Positions 38,058 to 48,640 of a stretch of 64,000 nucleotides of DNA are shown piece by piece. A model generated the notes under the pieces. That model saw only the letters and a program-made list of their open reading frames with translations. It did not search any database and was not told where the DNA came from. The stretch covers positions 11,437 through 75,436 of the forward strand of contig CAVUYC010000015.1 in the NCBI GenBank assembly GCA_963745605.1. The letters run 5' to 3'. The DNA comes from an uncultured Chloroflexia bacterium. GTDB taxonomy: Bacteria; Chloroflexota; Dehalococcoidia; Dehalococcoidales; UBA2162. The translations under genes and the position numbers were made by a program. Each line of letters starts with the position of its first letter. Position 1 is the first letter of the stretch.

Positions 38058-39022
38058 CGAGGCTGTGGGGTCATTCTCACTTCTTCCTCAAGCTCATCAG
38101 CCGAGAAGAACAGGTCCGTGAGATTCTCGCTTTCCCGCTTTGAGCAATGAATGATGGCCGACGCATTGCCCAACCTCACGCACTCATCGATGGCTGCCCC
38201 TCTCACATGGCCAAAGAGGAATCCCGCCCGGAACCAGTCTCCCCCACCCAGTGTAGTGGCGGGATGCGCCAGTTCTCGTGTAGGTATGACGCCGGCGCCA
38301 CTCGCCTTGTCATAGTAGGCCGCTCCACCCGCTCCCATGGTTGCAACCACGGATTGCGTGCCAAACCCAGACGAAAGCCGCTGGCACGCTGCTTGAATGT
38401 CCTGCCCCAATCCAAAACTCGAAAGAAAATTGGCCTTCGTCAAGCAAAAGTCGGCCCTCGGCAGGAAATAGCTCTCGATCATTGCGCCTGGAGACGGACG
38501 GCTTCCCGTTCTGTAGAACAAAGCCGGCCGGTTCGGCACACTGGTTCCCGCAATCGTTTCAACGATGCCACGGTGAATTCCGGAGCAATAGCGATCAGCC
38601 ATGACAGCGTTCGCCTCGGCAATTCTGAAGCGCATTGTTGGCGTGGAGTCCCAGTCGGATGCGTTGAGTTCACCTGATGGCTGTCTTTGGTCCAGTATCG
38701 TGCGTTCACCAGGGTCGACCAACGCATAGGAGATCCTGGTCTTTCCTCGTCTCACCACGCAATCGGTTCTCACCCCCACCTTGCTCATCCATTCGATTAG
38801 GCCATTTCCCTCTGCGTCAACTCCTATCACGCCAAGGAAAGAGACTTCCATCTTCCACCGGCATAGCGCCAAGGCCGTCACAAGAGCGTTGCCTCCTGGT
38901 CTGCACACTCTCCTTTCCAAGTCAAAGTTCCCCCCTCGCTTAAGAGGCTCGGCTATTTGAAGCACAACGTTCACACACGCGTCGCCGCAGATCACTGCCT
39001 TTGGAATCCCGTTGGCTGCCAT
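38054..39022 (-). CDS. PfkB family carbohydrate kinase (divergent)
   Basis: PGGNAL, GVIGVDAEG, VVATMGAGGA, TTLGGGDWFRAGF. Confidence 0.82.
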   Translation of the reverse strand: MAANGIPKAVICGDACVNVVLQIAEPLKRGGNFDLERRVCRPGGNALVTALALCRWKMEVSFLGVIGVDAEGNGLIEWMSKVGVRTDCVVRRGKTRISYALVDPGERTILDQRQPSGELNASDWDSTPTMRFRIAEANAVMADRYCSGIHRGIVETIAGTSVPNRPALFYRTGSRPSPGAMIESYFLPRADFCLTKANFLSSFGLGQDIQAACQRLSSGFGTQSVVATMGAGGAAYYDKASGAGVIPTRELAHPATTLGGGDWFRAGFLFGHVRGAAIDECVRLGNASAIIHCSKRESENLTDLFFSADELEEEVRMTPQPR

Positions 39023-39039
39023 AATTCCTGTCCGGACCT

Positions 39040-40404
39040 CTAGTCCAATACTCCGGTCCCCACCCGTGGCAAGAAAGCCCCCTGTCGCACAAGCAAGCGC
39101 TGTAGTTCGACGGTGTCGATCTTTCTCGGTTGAAGGACGCGCTTGACCGCGATTGCCGCAGCAGCGCCTGCCGCCTGACCCATCGGGACGCACTGCTGAA
39201 TCCAGTTGTAGTCGTTGCTCGCCCTCGCATCTGCGGAGAAGCACCTTCCAGCAACGATAAGGTTATCAACCGTCCGGGGCAGGAGCGCCCGGTAAGGTAT
39301 CGAAGCCAGCGGATGCTCTTTGGAGACTGTTTGGCCCAGATGCGAGCTGACTAGAATGGCATCTTCGTGGATGACTCCCGAATTCACTTCTTCCCATGTC
39401 AGCACGTGCTCGCCCAACAGCCTGCGACTTCCCCGCGTACCTATTTGCGGGGCGGTGTCCACAATGTAGCAGTCCTCAAATCCCGGAACATTCTTCCGTA
39501 AGAAATCCAGAGATACCAGCATTGAGCGTCGGGCACTCACTTCTGCCGAAGTGAGATCTTCGACGTTGAGACAGTCCAAGTTCTTTAGCCTGTTGTTGCA
39601 CCAAAATACGTCCTCGCGCGTGGTCCTCCAATAAGTCTCGAACCCGCCCATGGACACCAACTCCCTCATCATCTCATCGTGCTTCTGAACCTGTCCGTCG
39701 CGAAAGTCTACGTACCTGTTAGCGCTTACATTGCCAAGCCGGAAGACGAGAGCAAGATTCGCTGTCCTCAGGCTGCGATCGATGGTCGCGTCGAACTCCG
39801 CACCCGCGGACGCGAAAATATCCCCGTCTCCAGTGCAGTCGATAGTGACTCTGGCGAGTATGGCTTGCCTTCCTGACTTGCTCTCGAAGACAACTCCCTT
39901 GACACTCCGCCCGTCTGCCACGGCGCACGAGGCCCACGAATGAAGATAGAGTTTAACTCCGGATTCCACAATCATGTCGTTCAGGGCGCATTTTAGAAGC
40001 TCAGGGTCGACGGTCACGCTGTATCTAACACGTTCACCAGGGACATAGGAGCCTGTTCCGCGTCTCCTCCAATGATTCAAAAGCTCGCGGTCGCTGGATC
40101 CCCACTCCTCTCGTTTGGGAAAAAGTGCTCCGCCCCTCCTATCGAGCCGCTCAACCATCTCCTGGAGCGTCCCCGCCAAGACTTGTCGTTTTGTGCCATC
40201 CGTCAGGAAGGGGATCAGTATAACAAGTCCGCCAGTTGCCATTCCCCCCAGATGGCCGTATCTCTCAACTAGGGCTGTCCTCGCCCCACAGCGCGCCGCG
40301 GTGACGGCGGCGGCCACTCCAGCGGGCCCCCCGCCAACAACCAGAACATCGGCTTCGCAACAGACTCTCGTGTCTCTTTCTGGCTCTCTTATGGTTTCGA
40401 TCAA
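39040..40404 (-). CDS. FAD-dependent oxidoreductase
   Basis: DVLVVGGGPAG, LGGMATGG, IDCTGDGD, IPYRALLP..DNLIVAGRC, MGQAAGAAA. Confidence 0.9.
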   Translation of the reverse strand: MIETIREPERDTRVCCEADVLVVGGGPAGVAAAVTAARCGARTALVERYGHLGGMATGGLVILIPFLTDGTKRQVLAGTLQEMVERLDRRGGALFPKREEWGSSDRELLNHWRRRGTGSYVPGERVRYSVTVDPELLKCALNDMIVESGVKLYLHSWASCAVADGRSVKGVVFESKSGRQAILARVTIDCTGDGDIFASAGAEFDATIDRSLRTANLALVFRLGNVSANRYVDFRDGQVQKHDEMMRELVSMGGFETYWRTTREDVFWCNNRLKNLDCLNVEDLTSAEVSARRSMLVSLDFLRKNVPGFEDCYIVDTAPQIGTRGSRRLLGEHVLTWEEVNSGVIHEDAILVSSHLGQTVSKEHPLASIPYRALLPRTVDNLIVAGRCFSADARASNDYNWIQQCVPMGQAAGAAAAIAVKRVLQPRKIDTVELQRLLVRQGAFLPRVGTGVLD

Positions 40405-40618
40405 GCTTTTGCCCTCAACTCAAAGCATGGATCCGAAGACAAGACGAGAATAGACACAAGACTCTCTGATGTCAACGTTCATTTGATCGAGCTGGATTTG
40501 ACGACCGTGTTGACAAGAATCAAGTCGGGATGCGCCGCGTTAGCCCCGTATGCCCCGACATTTGCAGAGCGTTCGGCGAACAAGAAGGCACGCTTCCTAC
40601 AGGTTTGGACGAACGCAG

Positions 40619-41791
40619 TTAGAGTTGCTCTCCCTGGCCGGCCTGTCGGGAGTTGGAGAGCTGAGAAACGTCATCCTGCGGCACAGAAACCTTCAGAGTC
40701 GTGCCCTTTCCAGGCGTTGAACTTATTGTGAAGTGTCCACCCAACAAACGAACCCTCTCATGGATTCCGGCGAGCCCCAACTTGCCAGAACGAGGAAGGC
40801 CGTAAATGCCGTCGCCCAGGTCGAAGCCTTTGCCGTTGTCCGTTATTGTCAGAGTAACGCTGCTCGGCTCGAACTCGAGCACAACTCTCGTTTCGCAGGG
40901 CTGCGCGTATTTTCGCACGTTGTTCAGTCCCTCCTGAATGACACGGAAAAGCGCCGTCTCAACCTCGGGACTCAGCCTTCGAGACTCTCCGACGATTTCA
41001 AGTTCCGCCCCTCCAGCCTGAAAGTCCATCGTAGCTTTGACCAAGGACCTGATGGCAGGAATCAGTCCGAAGTCATCCAACACGGATGACCTCAAGGCCT
41101 GACTGAATCTGTGCACGCTCTGCGCTCCAGCGTTGAGCTTTGACTGAATATCCCTAAGGAACGCACCAACATGAGGATCCAGATCACGGTTAGTCCTGGT
41201 AAAACCGTCGACCTCCCTGGAAAGCGAGGCCATCAGCTGAACCGTATCGTCGTGAAGCTCCCGGGCAATCCTCTTCCGCTCTTCTTCCTGGGCACGGGTC
41301 GTCGCCAGAAGATAGTATCTAAAATTCTCCTCAGCTGTCTTTCGCGGGGTGACATCCTCCATCGTTTCGATGACACCGATGAGCTTGCCATCCTTATCCT
41401 TTATGGGGCTCGCCGTGAAGCGCAACCACCGTCCCTTGTCCGCTAACTCCCTGAAAAAGCTCTCCGCCTCATAGGCTCCCTCGATAAGTGCGGACTTTCG
41501 ACACCTGGGACCGTAGAGGCGCTGCATGTCTTCAGCGGCCGCCCCGTCAACGATCATGTCTGCCATGACCGGGCGCTTCTTCCGGTAGAAAGCCCTCCAT
41601 TGCCCATCAGTTCCGACGACTTCTTCGGTTCGTACGCCCGTCAACGCCGCCATGGCCGGATTCCAGTGCGTTACCTTGTGTAGACGGTCAATTACGAAGG
41701 ACGGGATCGAGCAAGCATCAATGATCCTCGCCAGGGTTTCAGATTCGAATTTGTCCCGGGTGGTCCGTCTTCGCGACGCAGTCGATGTCAT
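40619..41791 (-). CDS. PAS-domain sensor histidine kinase (HisKA_3/NarX type)
   Basis: PAS/PAC, EEERKRIARELHD, FRVIQEGLNN, DNGKGF, GLAGIHER. Confidence 0.92.
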   Translation of the reverse strand: MTSTASRRRTTRDKFESETLARIIDACSIPSFVIDRLHKVTHWNPAMAALTGVRTEEVVGTDGQWRAFYRKKRPVMADMIVDGAAAEDMQRLYGPRCRKSALIEGAYEAESFFRELADKGRWLRFTASPIKDKDGKLIGVIETMEDVTPRKTAEENFRYYLLATTRAQEEERKRIARELHDDTVQLMASLSREVDGFTRTNRDLDPHVGAFLRDIQSKLNAGAQSVHRFSQALRSSVLDDFGLIPAIRSLVKATMDFQAGGAELEIVGESRRLSPEVETALFRVIQEGLNNVRKYAQPCETRVVLEFEPSSVTLTITDNGKGFDLGDGIYGLPRSGKLGLAGIHERVRLLGGHFTISSTPGKGTTLKVSVPQDDVSQLSNSRQAGQGEQL

Positions 41792-42468
41792 CAGGGCAGC
41801 TCCTCAAGCTTCACCCAGCCCTTGCGGAGTCCGTACAATATCGCCTCAACCCGCGAAGCGACTCCCAATTTGTTAAAGACTGCACGCAGTGTCCCCTCCA
41901 CCGTCCGCCTGCTCAGGTGCAGCGTATTGCCAATATCTTTGTTTCCAAGACCTCGGGCGGCAAGCTTCAGCACCTCCATTTCCCGCCCACTGAGCACAGC
42001 GTCGCCGCCTGAATCCTTGCTTCTGGAATGGGAGGTCAGCCGGTTAATAACTTTCTTTGCCACTACCGGATCTAGTACAGGCTCGCCGTTGAAAACCGCT
42101 TTGACGGCGTGAGCCAATTCGTCACCGCTCACCGTCTTCAGAAGGTACCCTGCTGCGCCGGCCTCCAGAAGTCCAAACACGTACTCGTCGTCATCGTAGG
42201 CGCTGAGGATTAGGATCGCCGTCGTTGGACGTAGCGCTTTGATGCGCTTGGTTGCCTCTATGCCGTTCAGTCTGGGCATAGCGATGTCCATCACAATGAC
42301 GTCTGGGCGAGTCTCGCTGGCGAGGCGAACTGCTTCTTCTCCGTCACCTGCTTCGCCCACTACGCGAATACCTGGCTCCTCTTCGAGAACCCGGCGAATT
42401 CCCTGGCGTGTGATGACGTGATCTTCCGCGAGAAGCACCTGAATGTCGTTGGGTTTGTTTTCGTCCAT
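41791..42468 (-). CDS. NarL/LuxR family response regulator
   Basis: LAEDH, PDVIVMDIAMP, GYLLK, LSGREMEVL..NKDIG. Confidence 0.93.
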   Translation of the reverse strand: MDENKPNDIQVLLAEDHVITRQGIRRVLEEEPGIRVVGEAGDGEEAVRLASETRPDVIVMDIAMPRLNGIEATKRIKALRPTTAILILSAYDDDEYVFGLLEAGAAGYLLKTVSGDELAHAVKAVFNGEPVLDPVVAKKVINRLTSHSRSKDSGGDAVLSGREMEVLKLAARGLGNKDIGNTLHLSRRTVEGTLRAVFNKLGVASRVEAILYGLRKGWVKLEELP

Positions 42469-42772
42469 TGCGTCCTCCGGCCACCAATAGCATCCGCGGT
42501 CCCTCGGGATTCCGCAAAACCGGATGCGAATCTGGATGACCACTCCAATTATATTGGCGCGAAGCAAGCCCAATCAACCGCAGCGCTAATGCTCCTGCGG
42601 TGGTAATTTCACTTAAGTGAGATGCGTGTTGACACGATGCGTCAACATACGCGCCGCATGCACCCACACTTGAAGGAACCCGTGAGCTACGCACGGCGCC
42701 GGTGGTGTTATGACGGATGTGCTCGCGCGGCGAACGCCTTATTGTGAATTTATAGAACTGAGTTTGAGGTGA

Positions 42773-44414
42773 ATGACTACCATGGACGTGCAAATGAGCG
42801 CGACCAACAACCATCGTGATGTCTGGCACAATCCCCTGACACCGCTCGATTTCATGAAGCGCTGCGAACTCGTATTCCCTGACAAGAAAGCCATCGTCTA
42901 TAGGGAAAGGGAATTCACCTGGAGGCAATTCGCGTCCCGCGTGTACCGCCTTGCCAACGGTCTCCAAGCAAAAGGAATTGGCAGAGGCGACCGGGTCGCC
43001 ATACTTGTCGCGCAACAACAATGCCAATCTCGAATCCTTTTACGGAATCGCAATGGCCGGGGCGATCAGCGTCCCGCTGAACTACCGCCTTCTGGCCAAG
43101 GAAGTCGAGTATATCATCAATCACTCGGGTTGCAAGGCAATCATTGCCGAGCATATCTACGCCGACTTGCTTAATAGCGTTCTCTCCGGTATGAAGAATG
43201 TCGAGCTCATCATAGAGATTGACAGCTTCGACCTCACCGATGGTGCGAGAGTCGGAGTCGCATACGAGAAATTCCTGGCGGATGCCCCACCCACGAGCCT
43301 TGAGGTGCCGGTCGAAGACGAGGAAGACGTCCTCAGCATCTGCTACACGTCTGGAACGACGGGCATGCCCAAGGGCTGCGTTCACACACACCGCGGGTCC
43401 TACCTCAACGCCCTTGGCGAAGTGATTGAGGCGCAGATGACGCCTGAATCCTCTTACCTGTGGATTCTCCCAATGTTCCATTCACAGGGGTGGTGTTTTG
43501 TCTGGGCGGTTACAGCAGTTGGGGCTAAGCACGTTTGCCTCGACGCGGTTCGAGCAGAACAAATCTACGCTCTGATGGCGAAAGAGGACGTGACGCATAT
43601 GTGCGGCGCGCCAACGTCGTGCTCGATGATCAGCGAATACATGAAACAGAACAACCTGAAATTCCCTCATACCGTGCGTGGTTTCATCGCGGGCGCTCCT
43701 CCTTCAGCAAGAAACTTCCATGACGGATGGGAACTGGGGCTTGATCTTCACCAGGTGTATGGTCTCACCGAAGTATACGGACCTCACACCGTCTGCGAGT
43801 GGAATCGCGATGCGTGGTCTGGAGCAACGGAAGAGGAGAAGATCAGGTTACGACTCCGACAAGGCGTTCCCTACGTAACATGCACGAAGGTACGTGTAGT
43901 TGATGAAGGCATGCGAGACGTGCCTGCGGATGGCAACACTCCGGGGGAAATTGTCATGCGCGGTAACAACGTGATGCAGGGGTATTACCGAGAGGAAACC
44001 AAGACAGCCGAGGCATTTGCCGGAGGATGGTTCCACAGCGGCGACTCGGCGGTTGTGGACACAGACGGCTACATTCGCATCGTAGACCGTATCAAGGACA
44101 TCGTGGTTACCGGCGGGGAAAAGGTGCCGAGCGTCGAAGTAGAGGCAGTCATTCGTGAACATCCTGCGGTCCAGGACGTCGCTGTCGTGGGCAAGCCGGA
44201 CCAGAAATGGGGCGAAATAGTTAAGGCAGTTGTCAAGACCAAAGACGGGGCGGCAGTGAGCGAACAGGAGATCATACAGTGGTGCAAGGCCAGAATGGCC
44301 GGCTTCAAGACACCACGCGAAGTTGAATTCGCTGAGATACCTCGAACTGCGACCGGGAAGATTCAGAAGAGCGTGCTGAAGAAACGCGAGATTGACCTCG
44401 CTCGAGCTCGCTAG
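42773..44414 (+). CDS. Acyl-CoA synthetase (AMP-forming), +1 frameshift near 43001
   Basis: PLTPLDF..GDRVA in the first frame; YTSGTTGMPKG, YGLTE, GWFHSGD, PRTATGKIQK in the second. Confidence 0.9.
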
Positions 44415-44460
44415 GAATCCTCACCAGAACTAGAAGAGGAAGGCCCAGGTACTTACATCC

Positions 44461-46391
44461 ATGACCGAAGATAGAGTCGAAGATAACCTGAAGAAAGCGC
44501 GGAGCTGTATCCGGAGAAATTCGCCGATATCAGCTCGGTATTCTCCTGCGTCCGTCCAGGCGCTCGAATATTCGTGGGGACGGGATGCGGGGAACCTCAG
44601 TTCCTCGTCCAATCCCTTGTGACCTACGTGGAGTCGCACCCCAAAGCCATCTTCGACGCTGAGCTAATTCATGTCGTCGGACTCGGAGTGGCTCCGTACA
44701 CGGATACACGGTTCAAGGATAATTTCCGCTGCAACGCCTTTTTCATCGGCGGCAACCTGAGAAGCGGAATCAACCGTGGGATGGCAGACTATACGCCAGT
44801 CTTCCTGTCCGAGGTTCCCAGGCTCATTTCTCAAGGGCAAACCCCTATCGATATTGCTCTCATTCAAACGTCACCTCCAGACGCCCACGGGTACCTGAGC
44901 CTCGGCGTGAGCGTGGATATTTCGAAGGCTGCCATCGAAGCGGCGAAGATAGTTATTGCGCAATGCAACTCGAACATGCCTCGAGTGCACGGCGACGGCT
45001 TCATCCATGTCAGCAAGGTGAACCACATCGTTTGCCATGACGAACCCATACTGGAGTACAGCAACCTCGTTCACGGCGACGCTGTGGATAAGGTCGGGCA
45101 AAACGTTGCGAAACTCGTCCAGGACGGGGACGTTATCCAGGTGGGATACGGAAGGCTGCCTAACTCGATTCTCCCTCACCTGAGAGGCAAGCGTCACCTC
45201 GGGGTTCACACCGAACTCCTTTCCGACGGCCTGGTCGACCTCATGCAGCGTGGCGTCATCGACAACTCCGAGAAGACTTTGAATCGCGGAAAGACTATCG
45301 CCTCATTCTGTATGGGCAGCCAGAGTACCTACGACTTCATAAACGACAACAGCGCGATAGAACTCAAAGCCATAGACTATACCAACAACCCATTGGTCAT
45401 AGCATCTCACCGCAAGATGACCGCCATAAACAGCGCTCTAGCTATAGACCTGACCGGTCAGGCGACTGCGGAGTCCATTGGGACCGTCTTTTACAGTGGC
45501 ATCGGCGGACAATCTGATTTCATGAGAGGCGCCGTTCTAGCACCGGAAGGCAAGACCATCCTCGCCATGCTGTCCACAGCGAAGAACGAGGAGGTCTCGA
45601 GGATCGTCCCACTGCTTCCCGCGGGTAGCGGAGTGACTCTTAATCGAGGCGACGTCCATTACGTGGTAACCGAGTATGGGATCGCCTATTTGCACGGGAA
45701 AAGCATCCGCGATCGTGCCATGGCGCTGGTGTCGGTGGCACATCCGAAATTCAGGCAGTGGCTGGTCGAAGAGGCAAAGAAGTACTTCCTTGTTCACGAA
45801 GACCAGATGGTCAGCATCGGTGACGGTGGGGACTATCCGGCTGATCTCGAGACATCACTGACCACCGAAAAGGGTGTGCCCGTCTCATTCCGCTCCGTAA
45901 AGCTCAGTGACGAGCCTCTACTCAAAGAATTCTTCTACGGGCTCTCAGACAGGAGTATATCGCTTCGCTTCTCCTCGAACCGCAGGGATATGCCGCACGA
46001 GCGGCTGAAGCAATTCACCGTCATCGACTATTCCAAAGAGACCGAAATCCTCGCCGTACAGCAGCACGGTCCGCGAGAGGAAGTTGTCGGGATAGGCTGG
46101 TGGTACGTTGATCCGTCAGACAATTCGGCCGAGGTCGCCTTTGCCGTCAAGGACAACTACCAGAACCAGGGGATAGGCACATCCCTTCTGCTTTACCTCG
46201 CAGACCTCGCCAAACGTCAAAGACTGGTAGCGTTCACAGCTGAAGTCGCCACCGAAAACGGTGCAATGCTGCACGTCTTTAAGAAGGCCGGATTCCGCGT
46301 GGAAGACACCCAGGCAGGTTCACACACGATGAGGCTAGCTCTCATTGAGGAACCTTCGCCTGTTCGTAGCGTTGCAGGACTCTTTTCATAG
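44461..46391 (+). CDS. Acetyl-CoA hydrolase/transferase fused to C-terminal GNAT; frameshift near 44498
   Basis: IFVGTGCGEP, DYTPVFLSE, LGVHTE, SGIGGQSDF, VVTEYGIA; GNAT with AEVAFAVKDNYQNQGIGT. The frame of 44574 has TAA at 44484, so ATG 44461 needs a shift. Confidence 0.88.
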
Positions 46392-46406
46392 CACAGGAGG
46401 AACAAG

Positions 46407-47600
46407 ATGGACTTCTCTTTCACCGAAGAACAAAAGATGCTCAGGACCATGGTACGTGATTTCGTGGTCAATGAGGTCGAGCCATTGGCCGCCGAAGTCG
46501 ATGAGCTATGCATGTTCCCGGCGGCCAGCTTCAAGAAGCTCGGCGAGCTTGGGCTCCTCGGAATACCTTACCCGGAGAAATACGGGGGAGCGGGGGCTGG
46601 TCCTATCGAATTCGCCATTGTTGTCGAGGAACTGGCCAGAGCCTGCGGTTCAACGGCGATTGTTTACCTGGTTTCTGCCGGTCTGGCAGGGAAGCCGATC
46701 TACAAATTCGGCAACGAGGAACAGCGTATCCGCTATACGGTCCCCATTGCACAAGGCGAGAAGATCGCCTGCTTCGGCCTTACTGAGGCGAGCGCCGGAA
46801 GCGACGCGACCTCGCTAACAACCACCGCCACCCGTAGAGATGGCGGCTACGTTCTCAATGGTAACAAGATCTTTATCACTAACGGAAAGGAAGCAGACGT
46901 CGCCGTTATCTTCGCCACGATCGACAAGTCGCTCAGGCACCGAGGCGTCACCGCTTTCCTCGTCGACAAGGGCACCCCGGGCTTTTCTGTAGGAAAGCTG
47001 GAACACAAGCTCGGCATTCGAGGATCATCGACAGCAGAACTTGTTCTTGAAGACTGCTTCGTGCCCGAGGAGAACCGCTTGGGAGCCGAAGGACAAGGCT
47101 TCAAGATCGCCATGTCCGCCATAGACTCAAGCAGAATCAGCGTCGCAGCGCAGGCACTCGGTATCGCCCAGGGAGCCTTCGACAAGGCCCTATCCTACGC
47201 AAAGGATAGAAGGCAGTTCGGCAAGCCAATAGGATCGCACCAGGCGATTCAGTGGATGCTTGCTGACATGATCACCCGTATTGATTCCGTCCGGCTGATG
47301 GTTTATCGAGCCGCGTTTCTAGAGGCGTCCGGACAACCCTTTATGCAGGAGTCCTGCATGGCTAAACTGCTGGCCCCAGAGGTCTCGCTCTTCGTTTGCG
47401 ACCGTGCCATTCAGATACACGGCGGTTGTGGTTATGTCAAGGACTACCCCGTTGAGCGGTACTTCCGCGATGCGCGCATCTGTGGTATATATGAAGGAAC
47501 CGACGAGATGCAGAGAATGACGATCGCTCGGAACTTGATGAGCGACTGCGCCGAGATCTCGTCCCCGGCTGCGAACAAAGTGCTGCAGCCGGTAGCCTAG
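46407..47600 (+). CDS. Acyl-CoA dehydrogenase
   Basis: FGLTEASAGSD, NGNKIFITN, KLGIRGS, RQFGKPI, IHGGCGY, IYEGT. Confidence 0.95.
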   Translation: MDFSFTEEQKMLRTMVRDFVVNEVEPLAAEVDELCMFPAASFKKLGELGLLGIPYPEKYGGAGAGPIEFAIVVEELARACGSTAIVYLVSAGLAGKPIYKFGNEEQRIRYTVPIAQGEKIACFGLTEASAGSDATSLTTTATRRDGGYVLNGNKIFITNGKEADVAVIFATIDKSLRHRGVTAFLVDKGTPGFSVGKLEHKLGIRGSSTAELVLEDCFVPEENRLGAEGQGFKIAMSAIDSSRISVAAQALGIAQGAFDKALSYAKDRRQFGKPIGSHQAIQWMLADMITRIDSVRLMVYRAAFLEASGQPFMQESCMAKLLAPEVSLFVCDRAIQIHGGCGYVKDYPVERYFRDARICGIYEGTDEMQRMTIARNLMSDCAEISSPAANKVLQPVA

Positions 47601-47606
47601 TGAATA

Positions 47607-47635
47607 AAGAGGCCGCGGCCCTGCTGCGGCCTCTT
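47607..47635 (+). terminator. Intercistronic hairpin
   Basis: AAGAGGCCGC...GCGGCCTCTT inverted repeat. Confidence 0.5.
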
Positions 47636-47655
47636 CCCGATTCAAGGAAGGCAGA

Positions 47656-48129
47656 TTGGCTCCAAGCGACGATCGTTCTCTCCAGCAGATTTACCGAAGT
47701 GCCGTGGCCGGGCTGTACGCCAGGCTCCGCAGCAACTATGACTTTATTTACAGGCGTTTTGGCGATGAAGGCCTCACCCTCATTGAAGAGATGGGACGCG
47801 AGTATGGTAAGGCCGTAGCTGACAGAGCCGCGAAACACCTGAAGAACAACGAACTGGAGTCTGTGGCCAGCTATCTCATCCGGATATTCGACACCATGGG
47901 CCACGGAGAGCCAGGCTTCATTGAAACGATTCGAGAGGGCAATAGCAGGGTCGTCATCAGGGTTTCTCGCTGCCCGCTCAACTTCCAGTTGCCGGCCATG
48001 TGCCAGGCACATACCGCAATGGAAAGGACCGTCGTGGAATCACTGAACCCTGAGCTCTCCTATCGAATCGGGAGCTCAATACCGGCCGGGCACGCTTTCT
48101 GCGAGCACATCATCGAGATACCCAAGTAG
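47656..48129 (+). CDS. Hypothetical Cys/His metal-binding protein (V4R/ATC-hydrolase-like)
   Basis: RFGDEG helix, RCP, CQAH, LNPEL, GHAFCEH pattern. Confidence 0.6.
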   Translation: MAPSDDRSLQQIYRSAVAGLYARLRSNYDFIYRRFGDEGLTLIEEMGREYGKAVADRAAKHLKNNELESVASYLIRIFDTMGHGEPGFIETIREGNSRVVIRVSRCPLNFQLPAMCQAHTAMERTVVESLNPELSYRIGSSIPAGHAFCEHIIEIPK

Positions 48130-48232
48130 CCTTTGGTGCCGGGCGTTTCGAAAGCGCCGCCAGGCGAAACATCAGGAATTGTTTTGCCTCTCCCAACCGA
48201 ACGGCCTTAGCAGCAACTGCACCGGTGGTTTT

Positions 48233-48640
48233 TCAAAGAGAGTCTCGCGTTTGAGCCTTCCTCGCTGCAAAGACCTCCAGCGCCTCTCGGGCCGTGCTCG
48301 TCAAGTCAAGCAGGCGACCATCTTCAATGCTCAGCCACCTCGCTTCGAGAATCTCATTTCCGTCCAGTGTCAGGGTTGAACTCGCCGCAACGCCGGCGAA
48401 GCATTCAATCTCGAAGCCTCCAGTTGGGTATGGGATGATGTACTTGCCGAGGTCATCCACGATCGTAATCTCGAAGCCAACTTCCTCCTTCGTTTCTCTC
48501 TTCGCTGCGTCGCGTTCAGTCTCGCCCGGCTCCAGTCTTCCTCCCGGATAGGCCCAGAGCCGTTGCGTTCTCGTCGAACGAACGAAAAGGACTTTACCCG
48601 CGTGTTCAACTATGACTGAGGCGGCCTTTGTCAGCGTCAT
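48233..48640 (-). CDS. NUDIX hydrolase
   Basis: PGGRLEPGETERDAAKRETKEEVG. Confidence 0.9.
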   Translation of the reverse strand: MTLTKAASVIVEHAGKVLFVRSTRTQRLWAYPGGRLEPGETERDAAKRETKEEVGFEITIVDDLGKYIIPYPTGGFEIECFAGVAASSTLTLDGNEILEARWLSIEDGRLLDLTSTAREALEVFAARKAQTRDSL

